Below, piece after piece: positions 26,245 to 36,530 of a stretch of DNA of 64,000 bases. The position numbers were made by a program, and so were the translations under genes. Location: NCBI GenBank assembly GCA_001949185.1, contig BDGG01000006.1, positions 1,532,827 through 1,596,826 of the forward strand, read 5' to 3'. The number at the start of each line of letters is the position of its first letter. The stretch's first letter is position 1. This DNA is from Ramazzottius varieornatus (lineage: Eukaryota; Animalia; Tardigrada). Below the pieces are notes generated by a model that was given only the letters and a program-made list of their open reading frames with translations, was not told the DNA's origin and did no database searches.

Positions 26245-26560
26245 AGTATGGCGGCATGTACAATAGAGCGATACATTGCCGTTTGCCGACCGCTCCTGGC
26301 GAAGAAGCTTTACACGCGAGGACGAACCCGCCGGATCATCGCTGGCTGCTGGCTAGCTGCAGCCCTGAACTGCAGTTCTTGGTTTGCTATGGCGCAGGAG
26401 CATTCGGACGAACATAGTCCGGAGCTGAAGCAGTGCCAACTAGCTGTTCCAGCCAGCGTCTACTCCATCGTCTTCGGAGGCGATCTGATCTTGTTCTACA
26501 TCTTGCCTTTGCTGATCGCCATGATTGCTTACTGGCATCGGGTGGGTCTTGAAACACTTT
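26245..26560 (+). pseudogene. Class A GPCR fragment (TM3-TM5), TRH-receptor-like
   Basis: TIERYIAVCRPL..RTRRIIAGCW..DLILFYILPL; frameshift after TM5; no TM1-2 or NPxxY found nearby. Confidence 0.7.
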
Positions 26561-26744
26561 CTGGATAGAGAGTCTCACGACACTGGAGCGTGCGCCAGGA
26601 GTCAGTTGTTGGAAATCGTTGACACAATCGATCCGAACGAGGATTGGATCCTCCGCGCCCTTTGTATGCAGGAGCCATTCCGACCAGCAATCGCCTGCTG
26701 GACATCGTTCCAGGAGTGTTATTCTCGTTTCGAGAACAAGTACA

Positions 26745-27251
26745 TCTTCTTTAAAGCGAGCGTCGTTTTGCTTACTCAAAATGCTGTCCACAAAGTGGGT
26801 GCTTTTGGGAACGAAGGATCTTTTGTGGATGTATCGACACTTCTTCAAGATGCGACGTCGAGCTGTAAGTACGGTCACTTAATCGTCGCTGCTGCTCGAC
26901 TCGGCGGAAGACTGGTCACTCTCGTCTGGCGATGACACACAAAGGCCAGCAGATGAGCGTAAAAATCCGATACGATGGACAATCTTTCTGAGAATAAGGG
27001 TTCTTTCCTTCAGCTGAGGCATGTTCGCAAGAAAATCAAGAGGCGCGTTGTGCGAATAGAAATATGTGAAGTTCAAAATAGGAATCGGAATGTTTGAAAA
27101 TTTACACGTTCGGGGCTTTAGAGTCTAAAGTGAATCGTTCAACGTATCAGGAGTATCTCGAGGGTTTGATTGCTTGAAATAAATAGAGGGCGGATCCACC
27201 AACAAGATCAGGGTAATCACACCACTGAGCGAACCTTATCTTTGTAAGCTC
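26745..27251 (-). mobile_element. Truncated end of the PIF/Harbinger family also present at 49936
   Basis: Inverted near-identical copy of ~49936-50445 ending in TIR ATCTTTGTAAGCTC followed by TTA. Confidence 0.85.
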
Positions 27252-27252
27252 T

Positions 27253-27693
27253 TAATAATGAGCATTACATTTTACATTACGTAGCACTTTACATTACAAT
27301 TACACTTTTACACGACATCACAACCACGGGGAGTTCTAATGCAGATGTAAAATGTAATTACAACTTTCACCTGCCAGAATCTTCAGTATTTTTGAGTATT
27401 TTGCCGCCAGAAATCTAAAATTCAGCTGACTTACGCGGGAAAATGTCAAACTCCTTGGGCATGGTCGTTCTGCAACCGTATTTTTATCTTTGTCCAGAAG
27501 ACAATTACTAAGATCTATATTATATGCAAACATAGACATAGCTGGTTTGTCGTTTTCGTCACTCCTTGTCACTTTTAGGCGTTGCAAACCGCTCGGTCCT
27601 TAAAATATAAGATGTAATTACACTTTTACAGTTGCACTATTTTACATTACACTTTACATTACATGGACCATCTGCGTGTAATGCTCATTATTA
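27253..27693 (+). mobile_element. hAT MITE related to the 20527-23551 element
   Basis: TIRs TAATAATGAGCATTAC / GTAATGCTCATTATTA and shared subterminal sequence; no matching TSD because the Harbinger end abuts the left TIR. Confidence 0.85.
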
Positions 27694-28080
27694 ATCAGAG
27701 GCGGCTGGAGCCTCTGAAAAGGTCCGCGGTTTGGCCTTTTTCCTACGAACTTTTGAATCCCCATATTAGACTGCGTCCAAAGCATTTTCGCTTGGAACTG
27801 GCCATTTATGACATCGAGTTCCTCGTAATATTGAACCGCATCAAAGGTTCAATTTGCCGCGGTAATGAAACCAGAACAAATGGTTGAAAAAATTCGAGCC
27901 AATAAATCAAAAACCACAGGGGTATTAAGGACCAGTCTTCGCGTTGGCAACGCACTTCAGCCGGCGACGCGCACCAACGACCACGTTCGGTAGATGTTGT
28001 CCGACTAAAGGTAATGTTTGATTAAGTGACTAAGAACAGCTGCGCACATCGTATTTGACTTTTACGTGTAGAGATGGGAT

Positions 28081-28240
28081 TAGTGTGATTAAGTTCGGTT
28101 TGGTATATTTCGATTTGATAAATTCTTACACCGAATCGAAAATTTCGGTATGAATTCCACACCGATATTTTCGTTCTGGTAAGTTGCTACACCGAAATTT
28201 CGATACACCGAACCAAATCACACCGAAAAATATGAAGTTT
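28081..28240 (+). repeat. ACCGAA-rich transposon subterminal region (TAGTGTGATTAAG end)
   Basis: Repeated (C)ACCGAA / TTCGGT; the terminus resembles the reverse complement of CTTAATCACACT at ~49316-49327. Confidence 0.55.
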
Positions 28241-28493
28241 CTCTCATTAACGGGGAAAAACCACATAAAACTGGCGTAAAACGAGGCAGTTGGGTAACGT
28301 TTGGCGTGTCCTTTGATGTTGGGTGGTTTTCCTCCACCGGATGGCTGCCTGACTAAGCTCCGTTTCACGAGTGCCGTACTTCTCTGTAAGTCCAGGTACA
28401 GGTGTGCGGCCAGTCCAGTCAATCAACACAGTTGTACAATCAATGGATGTCAGTGCGGCAGCAACGACGTTTTACCCATTTCGCCAGGAGATT

Positions 28494-31400
28494 TTTGGGA
28501 ATTCCACTCGTTTAAGCCCAAGAACTCAAAAAGCCGATTTCCACATCAAGTATTAGTGAGATCAAAAGCTTCGGACTGAGCAAAGACGTGACCATACCAA
28601 GACTTCAAACACATGGAAACCTGGATAGAATGAGTACCAAGACTACATCGCGACTTCGTGATCAGTCTCCCACTTTGAGAAATCAGCGCTCGGACTCAGA
28701 CGAAGAAGCACAGACAGCAAAAATATCCATCACTAGTTTGCACAAAGTTGGAAATATCTCCCGACGTTCTTTCCACCACTGCAATGGCTTGTAATCAATT
28801 CCGTCGCCGTACCTGAATTGAAAAAGAGATCTTATTTAGCGCGCAGACTGTAAGGCAATTATTGTATCCTTGATGAACCAAGAATATTGCCTAGGTATTT
28901 GTCCACTTCGCTCTGGTCAACACTCGCATTCTTGTTCAGCAGTTTGAGGAACTCACTTCAGATGGTGCTGGTAGACACGGAAGTAAGTGCTGTCGACTTC
29001 GGAATTTAGTCACTTTCGTTTTGTAGAGCGCACAGAACTTTTTTAACAGATCCGATGTCGCAAGCTCGCCCGCCGTGTCTGGTACCAGGCTTGTCTTGAT
29101 GCAAGGATCTAAACGCAGCGCAACCTTAACCACGTCTTGCTGCCAGGAGTCAGGACTGATACGCGTCAGCTTGTCCTCCATGGCTTTTGCAGTCTTTCTC
29201 GGAATATCGGCCTGTGAATAAATCTAGGAAAAACTACAAACGTGGTTAAATACCGAACACAGAAAAAATTTACATAACTTAGAGCAACCAGATTTAAGAC
29301 ACCTACCGCCGTTGGAAGCTCTGAGCTTTGTCTCAGGTGAAGAGCCAGACGTGTCAGATAAAGCTTTCCGACATGGAATGTTGGCTCTGCTGCAGCAGAG
29401 CGGTCGACCGTAGTCTGCTGCATAGGCGTCAGGAACTCAACCAGTTCCCTTATTTCGTCCCATTCCTTCTCCAGTAGAAGAGTTTTCTTCATGTCGGTGC
29501 TGCCGTGCAGAGTGAAGTACTTCTTTAAATCGTGGCGCATCTCAAAGGCTCTTTCCACCACGTGTAACGTGCTGTTCCAACGGGTCGAACAGTTCAGCGG
29601 CGGGCCGAGCTTCTTCTTTTTGTCGTCAGTGAGCAGACTTCGGAAGATCCTTTTGGCTTCTGGTCTTTTCACGACTTTCATCAACTCGCGCACTCAACCG
29701 ATCAAGTTCTTCTCATCTACCACGCCAACCTGACACACTGTATTCACCACATGACAAATACATCGTAATTTGAATTCAGAAACTGTAAGCAGAAAAACGC
29801 AACGTCAACGTATGTTATCTCCTACAGAAATAAAACCAAGTAATTATAAAGGAAGAAATTTACCGTCGTTTTTCACACCGTGGCTTTCTCTCTCCATTCG
29901 CAGTTCAGGCAGGATGTCTTCGAAGAAGGCTGTCATGTTCGCTGCACCGTCCATTGTGTAGCCTAGAGTCTTACGAGCAATGTCGTAATCTCTCAAGACT
30001 GTCAGAACTGAGTTCTTCAGATTCTCGGCGCTCTGTTCGGCAGGCAGATCGACAAAGTCAAGCAGGACTCGGCGCAGCTCAACTCTTTGGTCACCCAGTG
30101 CGCTGCGATAGCCATGTATCCTTCTTGCGCTAGTGACGTCCATGGATCCATGGTGAGGGATATCCTTCCAGGTACTTCTGCCAGCTCCTTCTTTATCTAC
30201 AGATACAAAAAAATCGTGATCAGAGTTTTCTGAATGCAGCTACTGGTCCAGACCGTAACTGTACGAAAAATGTACCAGAATGCGGGAGTTGGGCAAACGA
30301 AACTTTAAAGATCGTTATCCTGAGTGACGTAACATTCCAGTCAATGGCAACCATAACGTACGCCACTTGTGAAAATAATTCTGTCAAGCTTCTTTCCACG
30401 TGGCGCGCTTTTCACATACTATCATCAAGGAGCCTGCGCCGCTTGGGAAAATGAACGTACCCTCTCCTTGTATTTTTCGAAGTCATCGAACAGCCAAGAC
30501 TTCAGAGTGTTTCTGGACCGTACAACATACGAAGGGTTCAGAGCCTTAACAAATTCGACAAATTCTTTGTAATCGACCATCGAGAATGGTAGAGAGCAGT
30601 TCCCGATTAGACGCTTCAGCTTGTCGTCTATTTCTCTCTGGGCTTTCTTGCTTATTGTCGGAATTCTGCAGCCTGCTTCCCCCTCCATCTTTTTACCACA
30701 CCAGTCTGGAACTCGTTCCTTCGCACTTTTGCCTACCTTCAGAATTTGGCTTAGCAAAGTAAGCTCGTCAGAAAAGTTGGACCTCTTTCCTCGTACTTAC
30801 AACAGTACTTCTTTCTTACGGCATCATGCGTCCGCTCAATGTCCTCGGCAGCTTTCCGCTTTTTCGAAGTCGTGGTGGGAGCTGTGGAGATCGAAGACGC
30901 AGCAGGTGATGGTGCTTGAACATCTTCTTCTACAACTCAGTCCTGTCTCGCTCCCGCTCGGCGTCTTCTTCTTCATGTCGACAAAGATCAGCTTCCAGAG
31001 ACTTCCGTCGCCCGAACACCTTCTCAATAGTCTTCCTACTACTACATAACGACGGGTTTCGAATTCCGCTAAAGACCGCCGAACAAACTTCCAAGACTCA
31101 CAATCGGGAAACTGTAGTATGAAAAATTCGCTACCGATATCCAGCAGAAATGAGATGATCGTTCACGCACGCTCGAGCACATAAATACATACGGCCGTAC
31201 GATTAGGCGAGTGCATTGAGATCGGTGCTGACGGCACATTCGGCACAGGACCGAATGGGCGGAGTATGTTCGGCACACCACGGCCAGAATCAAGGCTTTG
31301 AAATCAACCATAGTCTTTCGTGAACGTGTATCTTCGCCGAGTTTGTCATTCACCAAAATACCGATATATCGAAAATGTGTCGATATAGCGCGATACGATA

Positions 31401-31714
31401 TCGCCGAATATTTTATCGCGTTATTCGATACGAGTTTCACACCGATATTTTCGATACGATATTTGCTGCATATTATGCCGCAAAGATTCGTTATATTTCG
31501 ATACGATATCGGTATACCGGATCGTTGCCAGCAAAATTCCAGAAATATCGATATATCGCTGCGATATGGTGCGATATATCGAAAATACGGCATCGGAAAA
31601 ATATCGTATTGAAAAATCGATGTCGAATGAATATCGAAGACCGCAATAGAATATCCGCCGATATTGTATCGAAAAATATCGTATCGAATTTTATCGTTTT
31701 TTTGCTAGCGCTGG
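28494..31714 (-). mobile_element. Decayed hAT element, parent of the CGATA MITEs, with rearranged ends
   Basis: Transposase pieces on minus strand: BED region, LPFSMVD..F.EF...LNPSY, GYTMDGAANM, STRWNST, LDP, PLQWWK..FPTL..SESER; both flanks match the MITE interior. Confidence 0.85.
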
Positions 31715-32733
31715 TCACATGACTGTCCCATAGATTAGGCCTTGGGTGATAATGGCAAACTTCTCGCTCAGTGGACGAAATAACATGGGCCGTAAAAACC
31801 CCACCGTTACGGATTTCGGAACCCGTGGTAGCGAGACCGGATACCCGCCAGCGAAGCGCAAACGGAAAACACGGTGTAGGCTATTCGGATTCGGGTGAAC
31901 GGGTCGCTTTGCGATGCGGTAAAGCATCGCAAATCATCGAAAAATTCAATTTTTGAGCCATAAGTCTAGAGGTGATTTGCAACTTCTTGACGGCTGACGT
32001 TCGAATGCCCGAAAACTTCAATTTTTGTTAGGTTTCGGTAGGTGCATCTGCGCGGTAGTTTATGGCTTTCTGCTGTATGCTGTGCTGTGCCGCACAAATT
32101 TCTTCAGTTCTCGCGCTGTAGTGCAGCGCATGCGGCCAGATTCCGTGCTCTAGTTTGGACTCTGGCTATAATTATTTTTGGAGACTTTGGCCCAACCGAG
32201 AGACCTGACTGAATCATAATTTGCCGGCTTATAAGCGGAATCCATCTACTATGCAATACGCAACTGCTTATGATCAGAATAATGCTCTCAAGCAGAGTTA
32301 TGCTTGTCGACTCGAGAGCAACCGAAATCAGACCCGCTTGCGCTTAACACTCTGTGAACCGTGGGAACAGAACGGACCCAAAGTGGTGGTATTCTCGATT
32401 AATTGAAGGTTCCTTCAGCTTCTAATGGCGATTTCATACTACCATACATTACCCCGCTTTATGCAATTTGGCTTCTCCATGGGCATGTTGCTTTATGGCG
32501 GGGTCGTGTATGGTAGCATAAAAGCATCGCGACGTATTCCACTTTGACCGTCCAAAGTGGAGCTTACAGCGCTTGATGGGCCACCAGCTGTACGAGGAGC
32601 GAAACCCTACTTTTGCCACTGGTATACTTTACCTAGTCAAAGTCTGCAGATGGCAATGTTGGCTGCCTTGCTCCGCCAAGATCAGCTGATCACATTTACC
32701 ACCATAAGGCGACCGAGAAGGAGTGGGTAAAGT

Positions 32734-33402
32734 TAGTGATGTGTAATATGGGTTAATGAGATCTAACATAATAAAAATAAATATCCGCCGTCCATCAAAG
32801 TTCTAATAAGTGACCACTACTACAGTAAAACGTCTACCTGATTTAATAAAATATTACTATAGTAGATCTTCGGGGGTTTGATATCAAAATATAATTTAAT
32901 ATCGGAGAGCTCGACGGAAGATCCAAAGATTCAGAATCACAACCACCAGATCAGCAAAAATACTGTAGTACAGCTTGCACCCTGCACCTGCACACTGTAA
33001 CTTGGCCGGTTGAAGTGTCAGACTGTATGCAGGTGCACGGTGTTAAGGGTATTTATTTTGCAGTAGCCCTATTCTGCTGCTGTAGAGGCATCATTATGGT
33101 GTGGCGCACTTTATAAGGCGTGGTCGCACATCGAGAAACTAACGCACACGCATTAGGACTCAGCAAATCAACCAATTTTTCGAATCAGCGGTAGCGTTAC
33201 CCGTATTAAAATTTATTTTACTATGGACGATGGACAACTTAATAATAATAAAATATCGCACTTCTGGTCTTAAACTACTACAATATAAATATCGGAATGC
33301 AGTGCCCAATTCTGTCTACTAAATATTCGTTAATATAGTAGATGCTCAAACTATCTACTATCATCTACTTTAATATAATATTAATAAATTAGAACATCAC
33401 TA
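32734..33402 (+). mobile_element. hAT-type MITE (AT-rich)
   Basis: TIRs TAGTGATG / CATCACTA with perfect 8-bp TSD GGTAAAGT. Confidence 0.85.
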
Positions 33403-33918
33403 GGTAAAGTTTTAACTGTTCTGATCTAATGTAGAAATCAAGGCAGAAGCCAAAGTGCATCTGTCGCACAGACAATCTCTTTCTACTTCCCATGTCACAT
33501 ATGACACCGTTGGTCGCATTATGCGATCTTGCGACTGATCGTTTTCCCAAATGGCGCAAATTTTCAATGTTATCGGCTAGAAGCGTGCGCCACTGGAAAA
33601 TAGCGATCTACCAAGCTTGGTTTTTTTCCTCAGTGGCGCATGTTTACATTGTTACTGTCAGCAAAAGTGCGTCACGTGGAGAACGATCTTGTACGAGGTG
33701 ACAGTCGACCTTCGTGGCACACGATCTTACCGTAATTATCCGACAGCGTGCGCCATTTCGAAAAACGATCTTGCCAACTTTGTTTGCCGAGTTCCCATCG
33801 GGACAAAAAGAGAACGACTTTTACGCGAGCTTCCAGAATTTTGTTTCAAGAACATGTAAACGGATGGTACAGCTAAACAACAAAATTTTCACTACAGCGG
33901 AGTGGATCCCGTTGTTGC

Positions 33919-34688
33919 CTAGTTGTTCTTGGACTTCGACTTCACAGCAGAAACTTTATGTTTGAGTTTTGGCAGGGGAGTCGTCTTGGCTTTTGATTTT
34001 GAAGCAGACGCGGAAGGTACCTTTTTGGGAACTCTAGCGGTCTCAGCCCGTGCCTTGTCTCGTTTTGCTCTGGCCTTCGGAACGTGTCCTTCAGGAACAT
34101 CCGCCGTAGAATTGATGTTCGGCGGTGGTGCGGAGACGTCGTTTGCTATCTCCGCAGCCACTTGCTTAGCCGTCTTTCTCTGTCGCTTTGGTGTGGCTTT
34201 ACAAGGGTATCCTTGGTTAGTGGGGCTTTCATCTTCGCTGTCTGTCGCGCTTTCCACTACCAGCTCGATGCTTCGCTTTCGGCTTCTCAAGCCTTTGGCT
34301 TTCCCGCTGTTCTTTTCTATCGCGGCTTTCTTTGCACTGATGTAAGAGCTCTCTGTGAGGATTGATCCATTAGAAACATCGAGACGGGACTCTTTCTCTC
34401 GCCGTTTCTTCTGAGGAGCACTGCGCAGAAAGTTTTTGTGAAATTCCAAAGCTACCACGGAGCCTACCGATTCCCCTGTCATGATTCTCCTGATTTCCAA
34501 TAGGCAGCTAGTCGTCTCATTCTCGGTTAGGCCAATCTTTTCGCGAAGAATCTTTGTGATGTCTGCAAAATGCTCGTCACTTCCAACTTCCGTCTCTTCC
34601 ACGATTTCCAAGTGAGGATTCACTGTGCCTCTGAGCAGCTTGGTGTCAAACGGAAAACTGGAAGTACGTTCTTTCCAACGGCCCACCT
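33919..34688 (-). CDS. Exon encoding a basic K/A-rich tail; possibly the C-terminus of a pogo/CENP-B-type transposase relic
   Basis: Open ~256-codon frame after a TTTTCAG acceptor; KKRR..RLDVSNGSILTE resembles pogo-type C-termini; no DDE core found. Confidence 0.35.
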
Positions 34689-34803
34689 GAAAAGAAAAGC
34701 ATTCAGTAGGATAACATTCGCATAACAAGTATATTTGGAATCTGTACAAAAAACGCGACAAAAATGTTTATCCGAGTGGCGCACGCTTTCACCCAACAAC
34801 GGA

Positions 34804-34955
34804 GGTGGCTCGAGATATTAAAAAGGACCGCAGTTTGACCCTTTCTCTACGACGATGCTTGTCAGGTCCGTGCTCGGCACAACCTCGACTGATAATCCAT
34901 GAAACTTCGTAGAAAAATGGCAAAATTGCGGACCTTTTTAATACATCCAGCCGCC
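34804..34955. mobile_element. Small MITE
   Basis: GGTGGCTCGAGATATTAAAAAGGACCGCA / TGCGGACCTTTTTAATACATCCAGCCGCC inverted ends. Confidence 0.65.
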
Positions 34956-36530
34956 CCTGGCTAGCAATGCTGACAACGTGCGCCAGTTTATGATCTGGCG
35001 CATTTTTCCCCCTAGTTTTACTGCAGGATTTCTTGTCTGCTGACGCTTCATCGCAGATAGCCAGATATAGAAGAGTAACCTTGGCCAGTAAGCTCTTACC
35101 TAAGCTGAACGAGTACGGTGGACGATGTGAGTAGGGAAGTTGTGGCGAGAAACTTCCCTACTCACATCGTCCACCGTCCATCTACTTGATACGGCACATG
35201 TGTGGTTTACTGGATCAGCTGATCCTGGACTGCAGCGAGGCTTGCTGCGCCGTCTGAACTTCTCTAAAGAAAGCGTAATCCCGAATATCGAACGGAATTC
35301 CCGAACGACTTCCTCTCTGGGATTTCTCGCGTCATGATTTTCTACTTATTCCCACTTTTAACTGAGTAGGAATAAAGCTAAGTGTTTATAGGTACTTTTG
35401 AATTATTTTGGGTTCTTGGTAGCGGGACGTCAGCGAGAAAACGACCGTGGAAAAAGTTGTCACCAGTGCGCCAAATGGGTAAAGTTGGATCTCGCTCCTC
35501 GTACTTCAAGAATTCATCAATATCAACTTTGGTATATGTACGCGTACGTACAGCTTGATGAGTGGATTGATTGGTATTGTTCGCGCATGCAGCGCAACAG
35601 CTGATGTTATCAGCCATCGTGATGATGAGTGCTCACGATTACTCACTGTGACAACTGTAAGCTCGGAATTTCGTTCAAAAAATCAATGGCGTTTAACTAT
35701 AGTATACATCAACTCGGCATAAAGCGTACTGACGCATGATACCGCTCTTTAACTGATCTAATCAAGACTGATCATGTGTTAAGCCACGGCTCTTGGGGCT
35801 TGAGATGTTTTACTGGCACGGTGAGCAGTCTTGTTGACTCTGGTGATTTTGTGTCTTGAAGTCGCTCTTTCGACCAGCTCCGACCGAGGTTGGAGTCATT
35901 GCGGATGGCGGAGTACCCAGGCTGTCGATCGAGGCCGAGACACCGAAATCTAGAGAAGTAGTAATCATGATTCCGCCTGATACCGGCAGTCGCGATCTCA
36001 CTATTTCACTTAAAAAGTGTTCGAAGCAACCGAAAGCAACCGAAACTGACCGCAACTACACAGTTTTCCAAGCAAACACTTCACCAAGATGGATCATCGT
36101 GGTGTCACTAACACCTTAAAGACCAAATAAAAATAAGAACGATTGCTTTTCGGATCATCTTCCTCGGTCCAGTGAGCGTCGAAGCAACTCATCTCTTTTT
36201 CGATGCTTACATAGCTGACTGACACTGGATGTGCTTTCCAGTGTTTTCGAAACAAACATTGAGAACCTGCTTGAAGATGGAAGTGAGTAAGACAGGGGAT
36301 TGTGAAACGTTTATGTCAATTGCAGCCAGCATGATCTCGCGTATTCTGCTTATTGACTTGACACAATAGCGCTTCTTCCCGCTTCGCCGCGCATCAGCCC
36401 GGCTCTTCGAACCGAGAAGTTTTCTGATGGTTAGAAAGTTCCGCATTACTTTTCGTGGGTCAAGTTTCATTATAGCCAGCAGTTGTCGTTAGTTCATCGT
36501 TTGAGCTCAGCCGAACGCAGTACATCCGAA

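Noticed and set aside
26745-27251. Inverted segmental duplication of 49936-50445
   Set aside because: Homology ends at a Harbinger TIR, so these are two copies of one transposon family
33551-33756. CRISPR array
   Set aside because: Eukaryotic context, no cas genes, degenerate inverted arms rather than identical direct repeats, and spacers share a weak consensus
34777-34986. An N25 palindrome split by a MITE insertion
   Set aside because: The residual spacer after removing the MITE is not 25 bp, so it was not counted as a copy
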